DNA of 64,000 nt from Marsupella aquatica (lineage: Eukaryota; Plantae; Marchantiophyta), in assembly GCA_973895155.1 (NCBI GenBank), contig OZ316892.1:1925223-1989222 (forward strand), read 5' to 3'. Below the pieces are notes generated by a model. The model did not search any database. It had not been told where the DNA came from and saw only the letters and a program-made list of their open reading frames with translations. Within the stretch, counting starts at the first letter, position 1, and each line of letters begins with the position of its first letter. Positions 38,960 to 49,330 of the stretch are shown here, piece after piece. A program made the translations under genes and the position numbers.

Positions 38960-40183
38960 CAAATTTTTTTTATCCTCTTGCGCAACATTCCAACTATAAA
39001 AGAAAAACCTCCTTTGGAAGTCAACAACATGACATTCATTAGAGGTTCCCTACGGATGTTTTCCCATCCATTTGATAAAAGAGAATAACCAAAAGGTTTT
39101 GCCTCCTTCATGGTTTTGGTCATGTCTTTTGTAAGATCTTCATTAGTCTCCTCCAACAACTTCACTCGCAAATTTTGCATAATGGGAAGAGAACACCCAT
39201 TTACAATACCATTTGAAGTTTCATGTACTCGGAGGGGTCACTTCCACGGAAGTGGCACATCACGTTCAATGAAGTATAGGCCCATTTAAATGAGTGTGGC
39301 GAAAGATTTTCAAAGTTTGGTGAAAGAATACATAGGACATGTGTTATTGCCTGGTCAACTTTAAAGAATACATAGGCCTATTTAGTCGAAAGAAATATTT
39401 TCCTTAAAGTTTTTAGGGGTTTTTCAGTAAAAAATGTTAAAATTTAAAGAAAAAAAAAGATTTTGCAAAGAAATATAATTTACTTATAAGCTAGGGGGTC
39501 AAACCCTAAAATGTGGCATGCAATGTATGGCCCTCCATATAGTGATCCCCCGAGCTCATGTACAACTTCTCAAAAATAGATTTTGTAAAACAATGAATGC
39601 AAACCACTTGTGTAAAAAGCTTTTGCTCGAAGCTTGTCCAAATGTGCTCTGTAGAATTTGATAAACATCCATAATTGGGTTGGAAAGATTGCTTGCCCTA
39701 GCCGTATGAGTCCTATTTGACTCATCCTCCATTTGAAAATGGTTTGACTCTCATATGTGAATGCTTGTGAATTGGAATTTCCAATAGATGGCATGCGACT
39801 CCTTGCATCCCACAAAATATGGGTTCCATCCCTTCGTTGGTAGTTGATATTTGGTGAAAGTTTGATAACATTGTACATTTTGTTGATTTTATCCAACTCC
39901 ACATCACCATAGAGTCCTAGGCATGGTGATGCATTCCCTTTGATGATGTTTCCATCAAATGTGCCTTTACTCGTGTTGCATGAAAAATATTATATATTTT
40001 ATAAAACTTGCATTTTTGATAGATAAGGTTGACATCATTAGATATTAACGGTGCATCACATTGTTCAAAATATTTCCACGCTGTAGAAAATTTTGGACCA
40101 TGCTCATGCGAATGATTTGGTCCATGCCTAGGGACAGTGGAATGATATCCAAATTCATCAGACTCATCCTCATCAAAAGACAT
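38960..40183 (-). pseudogene. Degenerate hAT transposase 5' half (BED + start of DUF659), same family as 50895-53801
   Basis: MSFDEDESDEFGYHSTVPRHGP...WKYFEQCDAP matches MSDEEDSHETGYHSTTPRPGP...WRYFERCDAP, and GYSLLSNGWENIRREPLMNVMLLTSKG matches GYSLSSDGWENVQREPLMNVMLLTSKG. It has frameshifts, stops, a catalytic D>N change and a MITE insertion, and is truncated near 38960. Confidence 0.9.
39228..39554. mobile_element. 327-bp MITE nested in the dead transposase
   Basis: Imperfect TIRs ctcggaggggtcact / agtgatcccccgag, with an 8-bp TSD ttcatgta (39220-27) / ctcatgta (39555-62). Removing it restores colinearity with the intact transposase. Confidence 0.8.
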
Positions 40184-41726
40184 TGTTCTAAAGATAGATG
40201 TCTATATAGAGTTCAAACTCTGTAGTCTCTACCATCAACATAATGAGAGTGTCATCTCCGCTCCAACACACACTGAATTTACATATATACAACATTATAA
40301 AATAAATATTTACTCCATGTCAAAAGATCATATATTTTGCACATACCATGAAAGCAAACAACAAACACATTAAACAATCACATTTTGCAACATTTTTAGG
40401 TCCCTAAAATTTATAACGAGTATTTTTCTTCCCTTTAATCTTTGGTTGTAACAAATAAAAAAGAGTAGGACATTTTGATGAGTTACCACAAGCCGAGCCG
40501 AAGCTCCAAGATTGCGCACCATCATTTCCCAATCTCTCATACTTGCGTACATCCCTACTTTGTCCTACGTTGTAAAATATGTATTACTAACAATCATTTA
40601 TTTATGAAGCAAAAATATTTTCAAAGGAATCGTGACACACATGTGAAATATCACAGACTAAGCCAAGGCTCCAAGCCAACGCACTTGAGTTTCTCTATCC
40701 TTAAATTTTTCCGCTTTGTAAAACAATAACGTCAAGTTGTTAAGGCAATATAAAAAACTTTTGTACAAAATATCCCAAGCCGAGCCAAGGCTTCAAGCCT
40801 GCTGGTACAAGAATTCTTATATATCCCTCCATTTTAGAATAGACATAATGGAATGTATATGATAAAACCAATACTAAAACAAAGAAAATTTGCAAAGCTT
40901 ACCTCTTTGGTTTCTATCCTGGGTTCTCAACAAGTACAATGATAGAAATTCTATAACATCTCCCCTTTTATCCCCTTGCAATGACCCCTCTTCCTGGCAA
41001 ATGAGGCCTTTCAAGCCCTAATTTATAGGCAACCCCGCCCTAATCTTGGCCGCCCCGACCCTTAAACCTAATCCCGGCCGCCCTGACCTTTCCCGGTCCT
41101 CTTATTCTCGGCCCAACCCTCCCCGACCCCTGACCCGCCCCGCTCCGCTCCCCGACCCAGCTCCTCGCCCCGACCCTGGCCCCCGCCCCATCCCCCTCGG
41201 CCCTGCTTCCACCCCAACCCCCGCCCCTACCCCAACTTTACCGGGAGAGTCCGGGACCGGGCCGAGAGACTTTGGGACAGGGCCGGGAGGATTAGGAAGA
41301 GTCCAGGACTGGGCCGGGAGGGTTCTGGAAAGTCTGGGACCCGGCTGGGAGGGGTTGGGAGAGTTCGGGACCAGGCCGGGGATGGGTTGGGAATTTTTGG
41401 TCCCGGCCGGAGAATATAAGGGAATACTGGACAAATAGACCATTTTTGGGCAAACAAACTATCATTTGTCATGTCGGACTTCCCCTTATGGTACATCAGT
41501 GTTTCATTCTCCGAACTCCAATTTATTTTAGTGATTATTTTAATTTTTAATTTGGTCCTCCAATGGCTGGCTTCCTTGTACTTTTTCTATGTGCAAATTA
41601 CTTGAACCCCCCATATATATTCCATTTAATGTTTCGATGTAGAAATTGATTGAACCCGTAGACCCCACTCCCTGTAAGACACGATCAATTGCCCTCGCAT
41701 TGGCTCCAACATTCATTGATAATTTT

Positions 41727-41945
41727 GTACTCCTGGGCCGCCATCGTGAATACGGTAGTGTGGAAACAAATTCAAATTTGTATCCTGTAGTGTGGAAACA
41801 AATTCAAATTTGGATCTTGACATGTTGGTGCTTTTTAACGGTAGGCATATTGCTAGGAAGTTGGTGGGCTTATCATGAATTAGGCTGGGGCGGCTGGTGG
41901 TTCTGGGATCCCGTAGAAAATGCTTCTTTCATGCCTTGCTGTTTT
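41727..41945 (+). pseudogene. ccmFN: Nuclear copy of a mitochondrial ccmFN fragment (NUMT), WWD heme-handling region
   Basis: [49 protein letters not shown] is the CcmF signature. It is preceded by [10 protein letters not shown] in another frame via a ~32-bp duplication, and followed by a stop. Confidence 0.9.
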
Positions 41946-43149
41946 TAGTTACTCATCAAATGGCACTTTGCCTATGTTTATGAGCCTAATGATTTCTCGG
42001 GGGCACAGCACGATAGAAAACTCAATAAAATTCTGGTATTCTTGCCTCGTAGTTTGCTTTCTTGAATCTTCATCTTGGGCAGGTGCGCGCAGGCTAAAGA
42101 GCATCTTGGACGAATGTTTATTTTAGATGGGTATACGGATAGATCTAAAGGTGTCAAAATATAATGTTTTGATGAAAGGTCAAAATTGGTTTTCATTTTT
42201 TATTAGGGACAGAGTATTATACTGGTAAAAAATGGTAGAGGGAGTAACACTTTATATGCATGGATGGTACCAAAACAACTCTGGTGCATTGGTAGCCACT
42301 TTTATTGCTTATAATTAGAAACAGTGTCACTTTTTCCCTTCACACAAATGTAATTAATTTTTTGTTTATTTCTTCTCTTTGTTCATTTTTTCCTTTTTGG
42401 GCCCTGCAAATTTAAAAGATGACCACTCTATAAAAGAGCGGGACTTTGTATTATAGTTCTTGATTAGACTAGCCCAATTCCCATGCAGTGGATGTTGTGG
42501 GGAGTTGGAGAGTAGGTCTAGCAGTTGGATCAGATACTTTCTTCCCCCCCTTGCTATAAAGATATTTGGGCAACTTCAACATCAATTCACTGGGCTTCTT
42601 CAACAGGTGGCTTGAGACATTCACTGAAGGGTGGGTTCCATCAGATCACCATTATTTTATTAGATCATGCACTTTTGTCAACAAATTTCACTAACATTAC
42701 AACTTGCTCAAGCTCAACCTATCTTTTGTAGATCTCTCACAGCGGATACAAGTGTGCCTCCATATAGTCTTGCCCCTTTAGAGCACATCAACTTGCAGAT
42801 TTAGTTACAATACAAAATGTGTACCATTCACTCGTGACACTTTTGTGTTAGATGTGTAACATTATCTCATCAAAGTGATGTAGTAGTAATTATTTTGCCT
42901 TTTTTCTATTCATCTTTTAGCTACATTGCCACTAAATATGTTCTAATTAACAAAAGTGCCATTGTTTTTTATTGTGTTTTCAAATATGCAACTGTTTTGT
43001 ATATTCTCATTTTTGTTACGTCATTGAACTTGTCATCTTTATACAAAACATTGGCATATTTATACACACACAAACTAATAATGGCCATAATAAACCAATT
43101 TGAATATCTTTCCTGGCAAAATAATTAGAAGTTTGTTCTTTTTCCTCTT

Positions 43150-43285
43150 TCTAGATTTTCAAGGCTATTTGCCTCTTGTTTGTCATCTTTTGGATCTCTT
43201 TTGCTTTTCCTTCATTGTGTTTCAGGGTTATTTGACTCTTGTTTGTCCTCTTTTGGATTTCTTTTGTTTTCCATTCATAGTGCTT
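43150..43285. repeat. 54-bp tandem repeat, about 2.5 copies
   Basis: tttcagg(g/c)tatttg.ctcttgtttgtc.tcttttggat.tcttttg.tttcc.ttcat is repeated. Confidence 0.75.
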
Positions 43286-43734
43286 TGTTTGGCTCGTTTG
43301 GTGAATTGTGTCCTGTATATTTTCATGTAACATCAACCAAGGAAGGCAGAAAGAAGACTGCAAACATACAAATCAACATTGGCAAAAGCATCTGTTGACG
43401 TGTTCTTCATGGGGAGATGTTAAATTCGTGTCCATCTCAGAAGCAAATGGATCTGGATATTAAGCAGTACGTGATCCACAATTGTCACTGGTTTAGATGA
43501 ACATAATGAGATGCTACTCAATTAACACAGATACTCCACCAAAGAAAAACTACATGATTTCCCGAAAGGCAATTATCATCCATTAAACTTGAAGTACTCT
43601 AGTATAACGAATCTCGGCTGCTTGCAGCTGGCCGAGTAACTTCCTCATCAAGACCAATTCTCATCAGACAGCAGCCAAATCCCGGTTTGACCTTGCCCGT
43701 CAAACTGGGCGTTTGAGAGCGGCAAATTGACAAC

Positions 43735-44210
43735 CCGGCACCCGGGTTCGGAAGCAGTCCGGGAAAGGAAACGTCCGGTTCGGGGTTCGGGTTCGGGAGG
43801 AGGTTCGGGAGGAGGTTCGGGTGGGGGTCCGGGTGACTAATCGGGTCCGGGTCCGGGGCGGAGGCGCTCGGTGGGGGCTCGGGGTGCGGTCCGGGTGGGG
43901 TTCGGGTCCGCTCGGTGGGGGTCCGGGTGGGGTTCGGGTCCGGGTCCGAGGGGTTCGGGTTCGGGAGGTACGGGGGGTTCGGGTGGGGTCCGGGCCCGGG
44001 GCGGAGGCGCTCGGTGGGGGTTCGGGGTGGGGTCCGGGTGGGGTTCGGGTCCGGGAGGCCGGGGTGGGTCCGGGTGGGGATCGGGGTTCGGGGTTCGGGG
44101 TCGGGTTCGGGGTTTGGAAGTTCGGGGTTCGGGATTGAGGCTCGGAGAATTAGGGTTTCGCGATTTAGGGTTGGAGGATGGGGCCGGCCGGGAAAGGGTC
44201 GGGGGCTCGG
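43735..44210. repeat. Left subterminal GC-rich repeat array (GGGTTCGG / GGGTCCGG units)
   Basis: Dozens of ggggttcgg/gggtccgg units, strongly G-skewed on the + strand, followed by telobox-like attagggttt (~44149) and a (GGA)n tract at 44268-44341. Confidence 0.9.
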
Positions 44211-44456
44211 GAGAGGATAAAAGGAGGAGATCCCTCCTCTCCCTCCTCATTTTCGGTTTTGCAGAAAGGAGGAGAGGAGGAGAGGAGGAAGAGGAGGAGG
44301 AGAGGAGGAGGAGGAGGAGGAGAGGAGGAGGAGGAGGAGGCAAGTGTTTGGTTTTGGTTTTTATTTTTGATTTTTGGTTTGTTTTTATTTGTTTATGTTT
44401 TGTTTTGTGATTTTTTAAGTTTTTTTTGTGTTTTAAACCTTAACCTTAGAGCCAAA

Positions 44457-44810
44457 TGGAGGGATATAAAGAAACACTTGTACGCGCACGCTTTGAGCCT
44501 CGGTTCGGTTTGCGATACTCCGTACAAGAATTTCTTAATATCACCTTAACAATTTAGTCTCCTTTGTTCATTAAGTAAAACATTTGCGGAGATAGAGGAA
44601 TCCATGTACGCATGCTTAGAGTTTCGGCTTGGTCTGCGATACTTTGCATGGATACCACGATTCGCCGAGAATGTTTTTACTTGAAATACAAATGAGTGTT
44701 AAGTTATAGACACCAAATCACATATGTCGAAGCAGGAATATAACAACTTTGAAAGAAAAGAACACTTTTGTGCGCATGCTTTGAGCGTCCACTCGGTCTG
44801 CGATATTTCA
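44457..44810 (+). promoter_or_regulatory. Left internal subterminal block with three copies of a ~40-bp motif, mirrored at 53890-54246
   Basis: tgt(a/g)cgc..gctt(t/a)gag...cggtctgcgata at 44477, 44605 and 44769. 44457-44555 is a close reverse complement of 54150-54246. A regulatory role is inferred. Confidence 0.6.
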
Positions 44811-45032
44811 CAAGTGTTGTCTTTCTCTTTTATTATTGTTATATAGAAAGGTAATTAAAATCATGTGTGCAATAAAAATACATAATGCATGGGAGAAATA
44901 AATCGGGAAAAGATAATAACAATACGACTTGTAATTTTCAGGTTGGTCGTTGAATCCTTATTGGAAGGATTTTATTTAAATCCCGGTAAGATCTTGTTCC
45001 TCCCTCACATATTCCTTTTGTGAAGGGAAAAC

Positions 45033-46688
45033 ATGGTCATCGAAAATTTTAGTTTAGAGTATAGGCAAGTGTTGGAGATGATCACAAAACATGTGAATGA
45101 GGGATATGAGCCGAATCTTGTTGCTCTGGATGCATTGAAGAACGCTCGAAACACTCTCGAACATGCTAGGAATTCTAGCAAAGTGGCCGGGAAACGAAAA
45201 CGGAAGGGGGCAAACGAAGAGGCAAAACAGGTTCGACACAATGTGGTAGTGTCGATATGGAAAGAGATACTTTATCGCTACACTCAACCGAAACAGTATG
45301 GGGTGGACGGGTTCGAGAGGGAGTTCACAAGACACGGAGAGAAAGGATACAAGAACTTTCTTGGTGAGATAACCCGTTGTATGCGGGAAAGTGTACAAAA
45401 GGAGGACAATTTCACACGAGAGCAAATGAAGTCATTTGAAGATGAAACTGAGAAACCGGGAGGATTTCTGGAAAATTTGGCACTCAACTCGGAGAAGCAT
45501 GTTTGGGATAATTTGGCAGCCAAAGTGGAAGAGGGTGACACTACATTGCTTGGAAACCCCGGGATGTACACACACAAGAGAGAATTGCTAGTGAAGTGGA
45601 GTAAGGAGTTGGCAATGGCAAAATCTGATAGCAATGTCAAATATGCTAACGAGATTGTGCACTTTGGGGATGTCAGCATCAAAAGTGCTCGAAAAGGAAC
45701 ACGTCCATCGCGTGTAGTTCCAGAGGTTAGGAGTATCCATTTTCTTAAACCTGAGCAGGTGCACAACACACGTCGCATTGGGAAAGGAATCCAAGGAGAG
45801 GTATACACTTGTCGTATATTACATTGTCCTCTCATTCCCGTCAACGTGACCTTAGTCGCAAAGCGGTTCAAGGATGGAGACAAGCATAAGAGACGAACTG
45901 ACGCATTACAAGAAGTGCTTATGGGAGGACTGAATCATAAGGGAATCGTTGGAGCTCTTGCGTTGACTATTGAGGATCCGCCAAAACTTATTTACGATCA
46001 CTATAATGGAGGTGACTTGGGTAGCTTTATTGATAAGTGCGGCATATCATCAAAGAGCAAGGGGAAGGCACAGATCACGACAGACCTTGATTTCAAGTTT
46101 ATTTCGGAGAAGAAACTCTTGTTGGAGAACCGGTTGGGAATCGCCTTGGCTTTGCTGGAGACACTGCAATACTTGCATGAGCATGATCGATTTCATTGTG
46201 ATCTTCACTTTGGAAACATCCTTCTTCATTTCGATCACGAGCACGATGTGGCTATTAAGGTGTATGTTGGTTTATGTGATTTTGGCTTGTCTAAGCATAA
46301 ATCACAGTGCAAATTACCAGCTAATCGGATGTGGCCCACAGCAACAGAAAAAGCAGCAACATACCAAAAACAATTTCCACAGTTGGCTCCGGAGCTTGTT
46401 CAACCTACCCCTATCGAGTTTAGTGAAAGTACCGATATATATGCTTTGGGGAATATTTTTGAGACATTGTTGACAGAGAATTGGGATGGAATGTCTAAGG
46501 GTTCACGGTTTTTGGGGAGGGGTTGGAGTGCACAAGTGCATGGCCCCAAATTGGATATCATAATCCGTGAAATGATGGCCACGGATGCCAAGAAAAGAAT
46601 GGATTGTGCTTTTTGGAGTTTGAAGATAGTTCGAACGTTTCCAGATTGCACATTGTATTTGCACAACAGTCCATATCTTAGAGATTAG
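45033..46688 (+). CDS. Transposon-borne protein kinase, intronless, with basic NLS-like motif
   Basis: 551 aa with all core kinase motifs: IGKGIQGEVY (G-loop), LVAKRF (Lys), HCDLHFGNILL (catalytic loop), LCDFG, LAPE, TDIYALG. KRKRK lies near the N-terminus. Confidence 0.88.
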   Translation: MVIENFSLEYRQVLEMITKHVNEGYEPNLVALDALKNARNTLEHARNSSKVAGKRKRKGANEEAKQVRHNVVVSIWKEILYRYTQPKQYGVDGFEREFTRHGEKGYKNFLGEITRCMRESVQKEDNFTREQMKSFEDETEKPGGFLENLALNSEKHVWDNLAAKVEEGDTTLLGNPGMYTHKRELLVKWSKELAMAKSDSNVKYANEIVHFGDVSIKSARKGTRPSRVVPEVRSIHFLKPEQVHNTRRIGKGIQGEVYTCRILHCPLIPVNVTLVAKRFKDGDKHKRRTDALQEVLMGGLNHKGIVGALALTIEDPPKLIYDHYNGGDLGSFIDKCGISSKSKGKAQITTDLDFKFISEKKLLLENRLGIALALLETLQYLHEHDRFHCDLHFGNILLHFDHEHDVAIKVYVGLCDFGLSKHKSQCKLPANRMWPTATEKAATYQKQFPQLAPELVQPTPIEFSESTDIYALGNIFETLLTENWDGMSKGSRFLGRGWSAQVHGPKLDIIIREMMATDAKKRMDCAFWSLKIVRTFPDCTLYLHNSPYLRD

Positions 46689-46868
46689 GGTTTACACAAT
46701 TTTGTAAAGGTCACCTTAACGATTATATGTTTATTCATTGTATGTCAATTACAATGTTCTGCATTTTGTTGATAATATTCTATCAAAATTTGTCGTGAAT
46801 GCCCAAAATTGTGCTAAATGTGTTTGTACATTGTCAAATATCGCAGACCTTTTGTACACATCGCAAAC

Positions 46869-48827
46869 ATGGGACGATGGGAATTGTCTTCTGATGATGA
46901 AGACAAAGAGTTCACGACACAACATCTTACCATGCAAGATGGTCAAGGATCCTATTGTGACGATGAAGCTCTTCGTAATAATGTGTTGGATAATCTTACA
47001 ACCATTGGCATTCACTATGAGGCTAAACCCAAGGTTGATGGAACACCGGCGCCAAACACAAGAAGATGGGAAGATGAGGGTATGAAGGATGAATGGAGTA
47101 TATTAACGCCCAATGTAAATCCTCCCCATGACGAATGGGCCATGAATGCAAAGGAATTGGAGATGTTGATGCCAAAGAAAAACTTTTGGCCATTAGCACA
47201 ACAAGTTTTTCACGATCCGGATCTTTGGGCAACAAGATCATGGGCGCAAGAAAAATTCACCATGTCCAAAGTAACACATGCAGGTGTTAAATCACATTGG
47301 CAGCAACGATATCGAGAGTTTGCTCCACACAAAGCCCAAACAAAAATGAGTTCCATTTACCCTCCTTTTATCCGATGTCTGATTGCTGAATTCATTCTCA
47401 AGTGGAAGGTGGATTACCGTTGGGAAAACAATGCTGGCAAGCTGACTCATCAGGTGCATCCATCAGTGGTTGCGATTGCAACGAATAGGAATACAACTAT
47501 TGCAAAGGACCCTTCAATGGAGACTTCCAACAAGGGATCCAAAAGAAAGCTAGATGACATTGGGGAGGGATATGCGCATGAGAAGGGGAAAGCGGCTGTA
47601 CTTCCTCGAGTCTCCATGCCTGACCGTGCAGCACCACCAACCAATGTGGAGTCAACGCACACCAAAAAACCAATCCTTGTAGGTGTTGGGAGTAGAACTC
47701 CACATGCAAAGAACAACAATGTTACTGATGCTAACAAGGATAAGTTCAACCTGCACAACATATGCAAGAGCTTGGGGGCAGATGTTGCAGAGGTGATTGA
47801 GACAAATCTCCGCACGAAGTATGTAGTGGAGCTATGTGAATGTGGCAGCATCGAAAAGTTCAAGTCACAATTGCAACAAGCTGATATAAAGATGAGATCA
47901 CTTGAGAAGAAGCAGAACGAGCCGACGACCAATTCGGAAGTGATGTTGTACAAGTGTCAATTGTTTGACAAGATGGAAGAAATCAATAAGCTGACAAAAC
48001 AACTTGCTGAAAAAGAGCGTCAATGCAATGAACTGGCACGACTTGAGGAGAAGGACAAGATCATTAATGATCTTAAAAGTGAACTTGCAACGCAAGCAAT
48101 CATCATATCAAATCTTCATGAAGAGGTGCAAGAATTTAACAATGATGCTTTGGGGATGAGGTCAAACAAAGGGCAAGGTGAATTATCGTCGCCAAATTTT
48201 GTTAACATGCAAATCATAGATCCTACAGGGCACAACAACCTTTTTCCAGATGTGGAGGTTGACGCGGAAGGTATTGATAGGTTTTTTGATAAGTGGAAAA
48301 AGGATGAAACTATGACAGCATTTGTTCGTGAAAAGGATGACAAGTGTACTTGGTGCCTATATCCTTGGGGCCCTGAATCTGTTTCCATGTTGGGAACCTG
48401 CGGTCATATATGGCATTATGCTTGCTTGTCTAAATGGTTGAAGAAAAGCCGAAAATGTTGGTGTCGCACACCATTTCATGAACGCGAGTATGAGCAACGA
48501 GGATTGTTGAAGCAAATGCCATCAATGGAGACTCAACAAAACACTGAAGATATGACTGAAGATATGACTGAAGATACTATACCGGCGATGCAAATAGATG
48601 AAACTCCCATTGAACATTTCATAATCAATGAATATAATTTGTCAGATGGGGAATTTGACAGGTTGTTATTCAGTGGTCGACTCGATGAGTGGAAACAATA
48701 TGCGGCAGCCAACCAGCCATCAATAGATGAGCAAAATTTGCAACGATCCATTCGGCGCCATCGACGATGTCAACAACAGGCAGAGGTGAAAACAGAAGCT
48801 GTTGACAATAACAACAAAAGGAACTAA
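46869..48827 (+). CDS. Transposon-borne coiled-coil + RING-H2-like protein (putative E3 ubiquitin ligase), intronless
   Basis: Open frame 46818-48827 with first ATG at 46869. Heptad-rich EEINKLTKQLAEKERQCNELARLEEKDKIINDLKSEL and CTWC-x14-CGHIWHYAC-x9-CWC RING-H2-like motif, plus SKRKL NLS-like motif. Confidence 0.8.
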   Translation: MGRWELSSDDEDKEFTTQHLTMQDGQGSYCDDEALRNNVLDNLTTIGIHYEAKPKVDGTPAPNTRRWEDEGMKDEWSILTPNVNPPHDEWAMNAKELEMLMPKKNFWPLAQQVFHDPDLWATRSWAQEKFTMSKVTHAGVKSHWQQRYREFAPHKAQTKMSSIYPPFIRCLIAEFILKWKVDYRWENNAGKLTHQVHPSVVAIATNRNTTIAKDPSMETSNKGSKRKLDDIGEGYAHEKGKAAVLPRVSMPDRAAPPTNVESTHTKKPILVGVGSRTPHAKNNNVTDANKDKFNLHNICKSLGADVAEVIETNLRTKYVVELCECGSIEKFKSQLQQADIKMRSLEKKQNEPTTNSEVMLYKCQLFDKMEEINKLTKQLAEKERQCNELARLEEKDKIINDLKSELATQAIIISNLHEEVQEFNNDALGMRSNKGQGELSSPNFVNMQIIDPTGHNNLFPDVEVDAEGIDRFFDKWKKDETMTAFVREKDDKCTWCLYPWGPESVSMLGTCGHIWHYACLSKWLKKSRKCWCRTPFHEREYEQRGLLKQMPSMETQQNTEDMTEDMTEDTIPAMQIDETPIEHFIINEYNLSDGEFDRLLFSGRLDEWKQYAAANQPSIDEQNLQRSIRRHRRCQQQAEVKTEAVDNNNKRN

Positions 48828-49330
48828 AACCAATAGTCTCTACATTTTGATGTTATTTTCATGTAGTTACTATTAGAGACATTTTGTTAAAATAGAAGCG
48901 GCATATCCTCTTTGACAATTATTTTCAACTTGTAATTGGTAAAGAGATTTTGGAGTGACATTACATTGCATATCTCGATGAGTACATATATTTTTCATTG
49001 GGGGCATGGCGTTGCCTTTTGGAGAATGTGTATTTTCGTAAGAATATTCCATCCTCCAATCAGCCATAGGTTTTGGAAGCATATTGTCGGGCTCACAATC
49101 ATATTTTTGGACAAGTATGAGGAAAATAGACGTGATGAGAGACGGTAGCACAGTGGACTCAGGTACTGATCCTTCTCTGAAATCATTTCCAAAAGGAGAT
49201 CGTGTAGCACAATGAGTTCAACAAAGTCAACATCGCAATGGTTTTAGCCGCCCAAGTTGAGAATGATTTTGTAGAAGGATGTATACCTAAGTCCACTCAC
49301 TTTTCCTATCTTTCATAATTTTTTCCGCTA

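Larger units (their letters stand above)
38960..41450 (-). mobile_element. Truncated relic copy of the hAT family (transposase 5' half plus one subterminal end)
   Basis: Carries three copies of the gccgagccaagctcaaagc-like motif (~40490, ~40655, ~40777), telobox-like ccctaa motifs and a C-rich then G-rich repeat block (41030-41410), in the same order as 53890-55000. No intact CCCGGTTT terminus seen. Confidence 0.75.

Noticed and set aside
43821-44549. Pro-rich and Gly-rich ORFs on both strands (also 41046-41496 and 54347-55163)
   Set aside because: They are translations of the GC-rich subterminal repeats, open in several frames simply because the repeats lack stop codons.
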